A stretch of DNA of 64,000 nucleotides from a virus: IMG/VR virus record IMGVR_UViG_3300009008_000010, positions 32,001 to 96,000 of that record; one strand, written 5' to 3'. How positions within the stretch are numbered: the stretch's first letter is position 1; every line of letters starts with the position of its first letter. The notes under the pieces are model-generated. The model searched no databases and was not told the origin of the DNA. It saw nothing but the letters and a program-made list of their open reading frames with translations. A program made the translations under genes and the position numbers. Of this stretch, positions 30,215 to 40,000 are shown in pieces.

Positions 30215-31120
30215 ATGGATATTAAAAAAACAATTCAGCAGGCCGTTGAACTACAGATGCTATGTAATGAGCCATTTGACTCTAGTGCTGTGCGCTTTAA
30301 TTTATTGAATTGTTTTTTGCCAAAACCGCATCGTTTTAGTTCTCAATTATCTCCTATGAATCCCAAAGTAGTAGGAATGTTGGGAGATGTGGGCTGGAAG
30401 TTGGCTCTCTTAGCTGTTGCTTTTGATGATAATGTTAATCATCCTGATATTCACAATGCTCTTGGTGGTGCTTTTAAGTTAGAAAGCAAATTTGCTCAGT
30501 CAATTGATGAATTTCTCAAGATGGCTCGAATGCTAGTTCCACACATGCAGAGCACCCATAAAAATCATAATTTTGATTACTTCATCAAGAAAGACAAGGC
30601 GGTTAGAAAGATTCTTCCTAGATTGGGGACGCCTCATGTGGTCCGGTTTTTAAAGGAAAAAAACAGAACTACATGTAGACTAGAAAAGGAATCTTTTAAC
30701 CTAGATTTGCCACATACGCTTCCTATCTGGGAGAGAATGAATAGTGCTTCTTTTTGGGACTATGTAAGATTTAATACTCCCACAGCAAAGGATCTGAGGA
30801 AAGAAGATTTATACAAGCACCAACCTTATTTCGGTTTTAATCGCATCACCATGACTAATGCTGGCGTGCTGCTTTCTCTTAAAAAACCGTTCATACCAGG
30901 AAAACACCTTATAGCCAGAGTGGTTCCAGTTGTTCCATCTTCTGATCATAGCCAGTGGTCTTGGTTGCCTGACCACGCCAAATATGTTTTAGAAAAGTTG
31001 GAAGAATTTCCTGATGCAGGCAATCGAGCCATTTTTGATTATTTTTGGGCAATAACGATAGGTAATGACTCTATTCTTTTAGGCGAACGTGAGAAACGTT
31101 GCTACTTCATTACTATGTTA
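30215..31120 (+). CDS. hypothetical protein
   Basis: Long ORF; probable start MDIKK after AAGGT. Confidence 0.6.
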
Positions 31121-31143
31121 TAGAAAGAACCGAAAGGAATAAA

Positions 31144-31461
31144 ATGGGCGTTGCAAAGATTTCAGACATTAGAGCTACTGGTATGTCTATTTTGGTAGAA
31201 TTAATCAATCCAGAAGAGATGATACAAACCACCATCATTACTCCTGAAGGAGGCGCGAAAGATTTGATTGATGGTGCCTCTCAGGCTTACATTTTAAGTT
31301 TGGGTCCAAAAGTAGACCCAGAAGAATGGGGTTTTGATGAGGGTGATAGGGTGATGTTTTCAGGTAATTTTGTGCCTGCTTATAACTTCGATGAGAGCAA
31401 GAGGGCTAAGGGCACAATTGACCCTCATAGCATAAAAGCTGTTTTTGATGAGGCAGAGTGA
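31144..31461 (+). CDS. GroES-like co-chaperonin
   Basis: IRATG.SILVE, mobile-loop-like TIITPE, AYILSLGP, GDRVMF, IKAV. Confidence 0.65.
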   Translation: MGVAKISDIRATGMSILVELINPEEMIQTTIITPEGGAKDLIDGASQAYILSLGPKVDPEEWGFDEGDRVMFSGNFVPAYNFDESKRAKGTIDPHSIKAVFDEAE

Positions 31462-31766
31462 ATTATTACGAGATTTTGAGTGTAGCCACGGATGCCAGCA
31501 TTGAACAGATAAATATTGCTTATCGTAGGCTGGCTATCAAGAGTCACCCCGATGCAGGAGGCGACCCAGAGCAATTTAAAAAATTCACTGAGGCATATGA
31601 TACATTAGGCGATCCTGTTAAAAGAATGGCCTACGATAAGCAATATAAGGTTTATAATGTTTGCTACAACAGAGATGCAAGATTAATAATGCCGCTCTGT
31701 AAAAAAAAGACTCATAGGGAATTATTAGATGAGTTAGTAAATACAGAGTGGGAGGTAAACAGATGA
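31458..31766 (+). CDS. J-domain (DnaJ-like) protein
   Basis: NYYEILSV...AYRRLA..SHPDAGGD...F....EAYDTL.D..KR..YD. Confidence 0.9.
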   Translation: MNYYEILSVATDASIEQINIAYRRLAIKSHPDAGGDPEQFKKFTEAYDTLGDPVKRMAYDKQYKVYNVCYNRDARLIMPLCKKKTHRELLDELVNTEWEVNR

Positions 31767-32002
31767 AGAAAACCAAGAATAAGAATACCATAATAATTAT
31801 TGCTGTTGTGCTGGGTGCTGCCCTTATAGGATTTCAGGGGTGTGATATGCTGATGGACAAGATAGCTGATAGGGTTATCGAAAAGCTAGAAAAAGATTAT
31901 TCTCCGTCACCTTATGGACCGGGACTTGATCCAGATAGGGTTGATGTGAATGCTTTTGCTAGGCCCCAACAGCAACAAATCCCTCAACAGCCGCCTAATT
32001 AA
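31763..32002 (+). CDS. putative small lipoprotein
   Basis: MKKTKNKN..IIIIAVVLGAALIGFQGC. Confidence 0.55.
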   Translation: MKKTKNKNTIIIIAVVLGAALIGFQGCDMLMDKIADRVIEKLEKDYSPSPYGPGLDPDRVDVNAFARPQQQQIPQQPPN

Positions 32003-32414
32003 TTTCGCCATATCTAATATGCAGATTGCCGTGAGGGTCGTGTCCTTGACAGTAGAGCTTGATATGTTTCTTGAGCAGACCCTCTGCCCCTTCTCTTGCA
32101 TTATAACCCTTTATCCAGTTTTTCAGGGCATCGTGATATAGATCCACAGACTTTGTTCCCTGTCTTGTGTTTATCATCACCTTCCATCTCTCCCTGCCGG
32201 GAGTAGCTTGTATGATTTCCCCTTCTATCGTTTGATTGGGGTAGTCATCCCAGACTAAATCTGTACTTGCAAATCTTGGTATATGACTGGGCATTGATTC
32301 TGATCCTGTCCCTGTGCTGGGAAGGTACGCACCTTTACCGCCTCCTGAAGCACCATCGTTGTGCGTGCCCACAGTTAATTCTTCTCGCAATAGAAATTCT
32401 TTAAAACTAAGCAT
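31995..32414 (-). CDS. putative internal virion protein (CTS-like)
   Basis: MLSFKEFLLREE. Confidence 0.6.
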   Translation of the reverse strand: MLSFKEFLLREELTVGTHNDGASGGGKGAYLPSTGTGSESMPSHIPRFASTDLVWDDYPNQTIEGEIIQATPGRERWKVMINTRQGTKSVDLYHDALKNWIKGYNAREGAEGLLKKHIKLYCQGHDPHGNLHIRYGEIN

Positions 32415-32459
32415 GATTACTATTTTATATTACACACGTCCTTTATTATATGTATTGCC

Positions 32460-32855
32460 ATGCCTAAATATTACGAAGAGGGTAAACCCTTTAAATTTAT
32501 CTTAGATGATGATCCAGAAGTCATCCCTGTTGAGGAGAAAGACTCCAGAGTAAAGATAAATAATGTCTCAAATGTCATCCCTTTGCGGATTGGTTGTGAA
32601 ATAGATGGTGAACCACACGAAATTTCTGGGTATGTGGATTATGAGACTCAGAGGGTCATCATTCCTGATGGGAATAATATTCCAGATTTGGAAGAGTTCA
32701 AAGAGCAAGTCATGCTTTTCTTGCGTAGGCGAGCTATGAGGTATGCACCTTTGAACAAGGATATTCCACCCGAAGTTTATGACCAACTCAAGAAAGGCCA
32801 ATCATACGGAAATCCCAAGAATATGAAGCCTGAAGATTTTAGGAGACAACAATAA
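32460..32855 (+). CDS. hypothetical protein
   Basis: ORF coupled to the next gene. Confidence 0.6.
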   Translation: MPKYYEEGKPFKFILDDDPEVIPVEEKDSRVKINNVSNVIPLRIGCEIDGEPHEISGYVDYETQRVIIPDGNNIPDLEEFKEQVMLFLRRRAMRYAPLNKDIPPEVYDQLKKGQSYGNPKNMKPEDFRRQQ

Positions 32856-33703
32856 TGCCAGAACCAACTCAAATGAACATGAGTTTTTCGTCTAATACTG
32901 GGGAACCCAGTCTTAACAGTTTGATTAAAGAAAGCCAAGGCGCAGCCAAAGATGTCAGAGTAAGGACGCCTCGTTTAAGTGTTACTTTGAAGCGGGTCGT
33001 TAAGTGGATTGAAGATCAAGATTACGATGATTTTACAAAACAGGAATTAATTAAGGTTGCAAAATCCTATCCTGTAGGGGCTTTGAATAAGTTTAGAATG
33101 ACCGCAAGGAATCATCTTGCTAGAATTCAGGAAAAAAAGAGAGATATAGATAGGCAGGGTGTTGTTAAAAAGGAAGCTATTGATATTGATTCTCTAAAAG
33201 ATGAAGAGAGAAAGAAGGCTTTAGAATACAAAATATTACGTGCTCAGCAGAAGGCAGAAGAGGATGCTATAGCTGCACAGCAACAGGAAGATGAATTAAG
33301 GAAGCTGGCTGCGGCTCGACATAGTGAAGATGCTGCGAATCCTCAGCCTCAACAACCTCAACAACCTCAAGTTCAAGCACAACCTGAACAACGTCGTTGG
33401 TATCCGCCTGAACGACCTCAAGAGTCTCAGCAACAGACAGAGCCTCAACGTCAACCTGTAAGTCTTGATTCTGCTATGCACCGTCAACAGCCTCAACAGC
33501 AACAGCCGCCTCAACAGCCCCAAGAAATGCCAACTTCTGGAACGGTAAAATTTGGACCGCCTCCAGAAATCAATAAGACAGCAGAGCAGAACAAGGCAGC
33601 AATGGATAATAGACGAGCCTTTGCTTTAAAAATGAAGCAGTTGGCCGACGAAGAAGACCAGGGAGATAATTTCTCAGCAGATGAGGATTGGATGAATGAG
33701 TAA
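32855..33703 (+). CDS. hypothetical protein with Q/P-rich linker
   Basis: 282-aa ORF containing PQQPQ repeats. Confidence 0.65.
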   Translation: MPEPTQMNMSFSSNTGEPSLNSLIKESQGAAKDVRVRTPRLSVTLKRVVKWIEDQDYDDFTKQELIKVAKSYPVGALNKFRMTARNHLARIQEKKRDIDRQGVVKKEAIDIDSLKDEERKKALEYKILRAQQKAEEDAIAAQQQEDELRKLAAARHSEDAANPQPQQPQQPQVQAQPEQRRWYPPERPQESQQQTEPQRQPVSLDSAMHRQQPQQQQPPQQPQEMPTSGTVKFGPPPEINKTAEQNKAAMDNRRAFALKMKQLADEEDQGDNFSADEDWMNE

Positions 33704-33935
33704 GAAAATTTATATTGTGGTTAGCACTGGTAGGCAGATTACAGGGGATAATGTGGCTGCTTTGAGTGATTATTATGCAGTTAAAGTTCATAAGGCTTTT
33801 ACTGATCCCAATAAAGCCCAGGAATACTGTAGCGGTATTTCTAAAGAATGGGAAGAAGATGTGGTAACACCAGAAGGAAAAGTCAAGTGTTACTGTACTA
33901 ATATTGGTATCCAAGTTGTGGAATTAGAGGAGTAA
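33696..33935 (+). CDS. hypothetical protein
   Basis: ORF with GAGG RBS. Confidence 0.55.
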   Translation: MSKKIYIVVSTGRQITGDNVAALSDYYAVKVHKAFTDPNKAQEYCSGISKEWEEDVVTPEGKVKCYCTNIGIQVVELEE

Positions 33936-33938
33936 AAT

Positions 33939-34700
33939 ATGGCTGATATGCCCCATAGTCCGCTTGAAGGCGAAAGACCTGAATTGCAAATTACCATGCA
34001 TGATGGTAGTGAAGAACAGATTACTATTATCGTGGTTCACAAAGACCGTCCCGAATATTTAAATATGTGCCTGCAATCTATTGCAGTAACAAGTTTGAAT
34101 AATAATTACGAGATTGTCGTATCAGATAATTCAGTGGGAGATGAGATTCATCCTCTTAATGAAACCTACGATTATTTAGACGCTCTTGAAGATGATGGCA
34201 TTAAAGTTGTCAGAAACGAAAAGAATCTTTATTTTGGTCCTGCTTGTAACAAGGGTGTTGACAAGGCAGATAAGGCGTCTAATTATTATATTTTTATGCA
34301 TTGCGATGTTGTGGTTATAAATCCAGCTTGGATTGATTTGTTGATTAATATTGCTGAGGCGCAAAATTCAGGTTTGGTAGGATGTGAGTTGCATTCTTAT
34401 GTGATGCAAAATCAAAAGGTTGATTTTATTCAAGAATACTGTTTATTGGTGAGTAAAGATTGTTGGAAGGATGTCGGCCCTTGGCCAGATGAAATCCCAC
34501 AAATCGGACCAGCTTTCGTGATGACCATTAGAGCACAGTCTTCTGGTTGGAAGCCTCAAATCATGCGTAATCCCATTTGCCATCATTACAAGACGTTTGC
34601 TTTAGATATTAGTGAATATGAGCGACTGTCCGAGCAGGCTATGGTGGAATTGCCTAAAATGATTCGAGATGCGCAACAAATTTCAAAATCGGTAAAATGA
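33939..34700 (+). CDS. glycosyltransferase family 2
   Basis: ITIIVVHKDR.EYL..CL.SI, YEIVVSDN, NLYFGPACNKG, FMHCD. Confidence 0.82.
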   Translation: MADMPHSPLEGERPELQITMHDGSEEQITIIVVHKDRPEYLNMCLQSIAVTSLNNNYEIVVSDNSVGDEIHPLNETYDYLDALEDDGIKVVRNEKNLYFGPACNKGVDKADKASNYYIFMHCDVVVINPAWIDLLINIAEAQNSGLVGCELHSYVMQNQKVDFIQEYCLLVSKDCWKDVGPWPDEIPQIGPAFVMTIRAQSSGWKPQIMRNPICHHYKTFALDISEYERLSEQAMVELPKMIRDAQQISKSVK

Positions 34701-35281
34701 GAATAAGAGCGTTTGTTTTAGATAGACATTCTTTGATTTATGTTGTTATATTCAAATCTGCTAGTAGATCCATTGTTGCTGCATGTAAGCAAGTTCACAA
34801 AAAGAAGAATATAATATCAATTACTGATGTAGATGAAAAGTTGTTGAAGTATTCATGGTTTACGTGTGTGCGAAATCCGTGGGATCGTTTGGTGTCATGT
34901 TACAGTTTTGCTGCACAACGCAAGAAACTAAAGGCACATTATGTCATATTTGAAAAGTCATTGGGATTTGATACAACACCTTCTTGGAATGAGTTTGTAG
35001 AGAGGGTGTTGTCGGGCGATCCTTTGAATTCTAATGTGCATTTCAGGCCACAAGTGCATAGAATCCCCAATTTGCCGGTGAGGATTCTAAATGTGGAAAG
35101 CCTGAATAATGACTGGAAAAAACTGAGAGAAGATTATCCTTTTATGCCCCCATTGACCCATGAAAACCCAAGTGATCATTCCCATTATTCTACATATTAC
35201 ACGGACGATTTAGCAAAAAGGGTAGGGGAATTTTATAAAGATGATATTGATCGTTTTGGGTATAAATTTGAAAGGGAGTAG
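34697..35281 (+). CDS. sulfotransferase family 2 protein
   Basis: IFKSASRSI, FTCVRNPWDRLVSCY, HFRPQ, Y.DDIDRFGY. Confidence 0.85.
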   Translation: MRIRAFVLDRHSLIYVVIFKSASRSIVAACKQVHKKKNIISITDVDEKLLKYSWFTCVRNPWDRLVSCYSFAAQRKKLKAHYVIFEKSLGFDTTPSWNEFVERVLSGDPLNSNVHFRPQVHRIPNLPVRILNVESLNNDWKKLREDYPFMPPLTHENPSDHSHYSTYYTDDLAKRVGEFYKDDIDRFGYKFERE

Positions 35282-35282
35282 G

Positions 35283-35468
35283 CTATTTCTTTTTCATTTG
35301 TGGTGGACGAATAGAGTTTATTTCTTTATCTCTCATTACTGGCTTCTTACCCAAGACAAATCCTCTCGCCCTATCACTTGCCAATCTTTTGGATCTATCC
35401 TCTGGCTTTTCGTTTTTGGGCACATCTGCTGCGGCTAATTCAGTCAGCCATTCTTTAAATGTTTTCAT
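35283..35468 (-). CDS. small CTS-like protein
   Basis: MKTFKEWLTE. Confidence 0.6.
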   Translation of the reverse strand: MKTFKEWLTELAAADVPKNEKPEDRSKRLASDRARGFVLGKKPVMRDKEINSIRPPQMKKK

Positions 35469-35905
35469 TTTAGACCTTTAATGAATTTTTCCCACTGTTC
35501 GTGATCATGGATGACAATTTTATTTTTGGCATATGTGTTGGCGTATGCGTGGCAAAATAATTCTTCTGGGTTCTGATTTTGGTGGTCCTCTTTGGTCTTT
35601 TTTACTACTTTGGCCCATTTATCTTGAATGGGTTTTTCTAATGTAGCCCAAACCAGATGTGCTAATTCATGCAAAAGCGTGAATTCTCGACCGTAATTCC
35701 AAGGGGACGCTATGGTTACTGTTTTGGCTTTTGTGTCAATACAGCCCACATGTTCATTGTCATTAGGCAAGGTATTCCCGCCTTTGAAGTTGAATTTGAA
35801 CCCTTTTATTAGCGCAGCGTGTTTGGCAGGCAATTTGGAGATTGTCTGCTTGATTTCGCTTTTGTAACTATCTTCCGACTCTGTGAGAAATTGTTTAAAT
35901 GTCAT
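35465..35905 (-). CDS. zincin metallopeptidase with CTS-like N-terminus
   Basis: MTFKQFLTE; TLLHELAH; EELFCHAYA. Confidence 0.7.
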   Translation of the reverse strand: MTFKQFLTESEDSYKSEIKQTISKLPAKHAALIKGFKFNFKGGNTLPNDNEHVGCIDTKAKTVTIASPWNYGREFTLLHELAHLVWATLEKPIQDKWAKVVKKTKEDHQNQNPEELFCHAYANTYAKNKIVIHDHEQWEKFIKGLK

Positions 35906-36285
35906 TTTGGCGTAATAAAATCATTCATTGCTCCACCTAGTCTGTTCTGGACACTGCTGAGCTTGTTTACATCTCTTTGGGTTTTGTTAGCATAAAAATT
36001 AGCTTTTCCCATTGATTTGAGTCCTTGAATCGCATTTTGGTATCGATCTGGCATATGGGTTTTCATATTTGCGATTTCTTCTGGTGATAATTGATAATGC
36101 TGCATTATTAGTTGGTCATAATTTTGCCCTGGCGATTCACCGCCGCCGCCACCGATGCCGCCACCGATGCCCATTGCACCAGCGGCCAATGCACCACCTA
36201 CCGCTGCTCTTTTTGCCCATTTTCGCCAATCTTCATTGAAAAAATCAGGGTGTTCGTTATCTAAAAATTCATAAAATGTTCTCAT
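35902..36285 (-). CDS. CTS-like protein with Gly/Ala-rich helix
   Basis: MRTFYEFLDNEHPDFFNEDWRKWAKRAAVGGALAAGAMG. Confidence 0.6.
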   Translation of the reverse strand: MRTFYEFLDNEHPDFFNEDWRKWAKRAAVGGALAAGAMGIGGGIGGGGGESPGQNYDQLIMQHYQLSPEEIANMKTHMPDRYQNAIQGLKSMGKANFYANKTQRDVNKLSSVQNRLGGAMNDFITPK

Positions 36286-36353
36286 GTTGAATCCTTTATA
36301 ATTGTATTGTTCTTATTTATATATAGTAGCAACTCCTTTTTGAAAGGAATTTG

Positions 36354-37022
36354 ATGGCAAGAACTAAAAAAGCTAATGGTGGGAGTATCCCTAAATTTCA
36401 TATCAACTTTTTAAATGACTCACAAAAATTAGCATATGGGGTGTATCAACAGCATGATATAGTCATTATGACAGGCCCCGCAGGAACAGGGAAAACACAC
36501 TTGGCCTCAGCATTTGCAATTGCTGATGTGTTAAGTAAGAAAAAGAGGCGGATTATTCTTACAAGACCAGTAGTGGAAGCTGGTGAGCGATTAGGTTTTC
36601 TCCCAGGAACTTTAGAAGAAAAAATAAATCCTTATGTGATGCCAGTGTATGATTGTTTTAAAAAAATGGTAGGAAACGGCAATACCGAGCAGTTTGAAAA
36701 CTTTCTTGACACATATGTAGAAGTTGCACCAATAGCGTATATGAGAGGTAGAACTTTCGATGACGCTGTGTGTATTTTTGATGAAGCCCAAAATGCTGAG
36801 TATTCACAATTGAAGTTGTTTCTAACTAGATTTGGACAAAACAGTAAAATAATTATCACTGGAGATCCGAGACAAAGCGATTTACCAGGGGATAACGTGC
36901 CTTTGGTGGATATTACAGCTAGGATTGAAACTGTTCCAGGTATCGGCATAGTTAGGTTCTCAGAAGACTCAATTGTGCGACATGCGCTTGTTTCTGAGAT
37001 TTTGAAAAAATTAGAGGCGTAA
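36354..37022 (+). CDS. phoH: PhoH family ATPase
   Basis: GPAGTGKT, LTRPVVEAGERLGFLPG, YMRGRTF, DEAQN, TGDPRQSD. Confidence 0.95.
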   Translation: MARTKKANGGSIPKFHINFLNDSQKLAYGVYQQHDIVIMTGPAGTGKTHLASAFAIADVLSKKKRRIILTRPVVEAGERLGFLPGTLEEKINPYVMPVYDCFKKMVGNGNTEQFENFLDTYVEVAPIAYMRGRTFDDAVCIFDEAQNAEYSQLKLFLTRFGQNSKIIITGDPRQSDLPGDNVPLVDITARIETVPGIGIVRFSEDSIVRHALVSEILKKLEA

Positions 37023-37051
37023 TTCATATCGTTTTATATTTATCATAAATT

Positions 37052-37083
37052 GAACCCCTCACAGATTTGTGGGGGGTTCTTTC
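37052..37083 (+). terminator. rho-independent terminator
   Basis: GAACCCCTCACA-GATT-TGTGGGGGGTTC-TTT. Confidence 0.6.
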
Positions 37084-37095
37084 ATAAATAGCTTT

Positions 37096-40000
37096 ATGAG
37101 CAGTGGAAATATATTAGACATATCATCATGGACAGTGGGAACAGGCAGTGTTACTCATTTTTCTGCTTATGGCGATGGCAATGAGAGTCACAGGTTTCTA
37201 GCTGATGATCCTTTTGGCAATACGGCTGTTGTATGGGAGGCTCGTCCCACGTTGGGTGATAATTTAGGTGGTGGTTTTACTGGTGGCGATATATCCATCA
37301 TGGCTGACCACAACAGCATGTATCGTTTCTCCGTTTGGGGAAAAAGAACTGTTACGGGCACCGCTTATAATGGTTTTGGTCTGACGACCACTACAGGTGT
37401 ATATCGACGTAGTACCGGCCAGCTAATGGGAACAGGATCAGTTTTCATGGTGTATGATGGTGGGGCTTTGAATGAGTGGCTGTTGATGGTGGGTTTTGTT
37501 TGGCCAAGCGGGTCGGGCATGGGCGCTTTTCATGCTGATTCAGGAATTTATAACACTTCTGGGAAAATAGCAGATGTTTCTGAAGAATATGTTTGGGAAA
37601 CTACAAACACCGCATTAAGGTGTCGTAATGTTCTTTATCAACCACTTGATGCAGCTACTAGACACCGATGGGTTTATCCTAGAATTGATTTGGTGACTGG
37701 TGATGAACCAACCGTAGAAGAGTTGCTCAGTCATTCAATGGGCCAAACTGGGGCAGTTAGCGGTGGTGTAGCGGCCCCAACCACGACTTATGGTTTTATG
37801 CCTTCTGGTGGTGCAACCGTTGCTGGTTGGACTCAATATCCAACAAAAATAATTTCTGGTGAAACTGATGGAAGGTTTGGTCTTAGTGTATCTATTTCTA
37901 ATGAGGGTGATACTGCGGCTATTGGTGCCCCAGATGAAGATTCTGTTTATATTTTCACAAAATCAGCAAGTGGAGTTTGGTCTGAGCAACAAAAAATAAC
38001 CAGTTCTGTAGCTGACAGCGCTTTTGGTGCTTCTGTAGCTGTTTCAGGAGATGGTAATACAGTTGTTATTGGATCTCCCGCATATGATTCTCTTCCCCAA
38101 ATAACTAACCGAGGCATTGTTTATGTGTATAAAAGATCGGGTGGGGTTTGGACTCGCCAAAAGATAATTTATTGTGGTGATGCAAAAATCGATCCCAACC
38201 ACCCTTCGGGCGAACAATTTGGGCATGAAGTGGCTATTAGCGGTGATACTATAGTAATTAGCGCCAGATTTGCGGATTCATCTTGGGATGATTACGATAC
38301 TGTGGGAGGGGTTTATGTTCATACAGAATCAAGTGGTTGGGCACGTCAGCAAAGGTTGCACGCTGATGATTTTGGGAATAATTGGGGATTTAATGTTGTA
38401 GACATTTCTGGTGATACAATTATTGTAGGTGCGACTGGGGCCAATAGTGTTGGTGCTGCTTATGTTTTTACAAGATCAGGTGAAACTTGGACCCAACAAC
38501 AGAAGTTGACTGTTAGCGAAAATAGTTTTGGTGCTAGTGTTTCCATCTCTAATGATGGAAACACAGCAGCTATTGGGTCTGAGGATAGCGTTTATACTTT
38601 TGTAAAATCGGGTGCAACTTGGTCTGAGCAACAAAAAATAACTCCTAGTGATGCTGAGTTTGGAGATCAATTTGGCGACTCTGGGTGTGTTTCAATTTCT
38701 AGTAATGGAAATGCATTGATTGTTGGTGACATATATGAAGGCGATCCAGTTCAACAACTCTCTACAGGTGCCGCTTATATTTTCAAAAGATCAGGTGGCA
38801 CTTGGACCCAACAGAAAAGATTGCTCGCAAGTGATGCTCAAGCCGGGGATGGATTTGGTCGTGTAGCTATTTCCGGTAACGGCAACGATACATTGGTAGG
38901 TGCATTATTTGCTGATGGAAATGATGGGGCTGCGTACTTCTTCTCAGAATCACCAATGGCTAGTGTAAGTCAAATTGACTTTGAAACTGGTGCTGGTGGT
39001 GCAGTAGTGGGTGGCTCTGTAAGTATTTTAAATGAAATTAATCCTTCTGGTGGTGTAGTTGTAAGTGGAACTGCACCTTATGCTTATGGGTACGGCATTT
39101 CTGGTGGAGTGGTTGTTGGAGGAGATGTCGATCCAACTTACATTGATTTTGAAACTAGCTCTGGCGGTGCGGTAACAGGTGGATCTGCAAGTTTGGTGCA
39201 TGAAGAAGCCGCACACGGCGGCGCTGTTGTTGGTGGTTCCTCGCCTGCTGCTTATAGTTATCCAATTTCTGGCGGGGCTGTTACTGGCGGAACTGTTCAA
39301 ATAAATATGTCAGATTCCGAGACTGGTTCTGGCGGTGCGGTGACAGGCGGATCTGCCAAGGTCAGTTTGATTGTTGCTGAAGAAGGAAGTGGTGGTGTAG
39401 TCGTAAATGGCACTGCCTCACATGCTTACGGGTACGCCATTTCAGGCGGCGTAGTTGTTAATGGTGAAGCAGATGTTGATGATAGTTGGTATGTTCCCAG
39501 TAAGGGTGCTGAGGGTGGAGACGAGAGTGTAGATACGCAAGAAGAAGATGAAATTGCCACACACACCTTCGATGCAGAGAAAACATTTGAGTATCACGCT
39601 GGTTCTTGTGTTCCATTTTATTGGCAAGTAGAGAGCAGGTGCCGTCCTGTTAAGTGTGTTATTTGGGGCGAGAATCAATGGACGGTTGTTGAATATGATT
39701 ATGTTCTGCCTACTCTGGAGTGCGAACGCAAGCAAATGGCTATAATTATGGCTTGCACTTTTGCAGAGGTTTGCAAAAAAATGGCTCTAAGGGGATTTAG
39801 ATTTCCTATCGAAAAGGTTTTAAGATTTACACAACCTGCTAGAACAGGCGATTCAGCCAATCCAAATCATTTTGATGGTTGTGGCACTTATGTTCAAGAA
39901 TATCCACCAGTGGATGGAGGTTCAGATATACCTCTTGATTGTTTAGATTTTCTGTTAGAGGGCGAAATAGAATCTGATTGGGGAGTGTTTACCCGTGTAG

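Noticed and set aside
33340-33525. CAACAGCCTCAA-type tandem repeats as a possible CRISPR array
   Set aside because: These are in-frame codon repeats for a Q/P-rich linker, with no constant repeat-spacer period.
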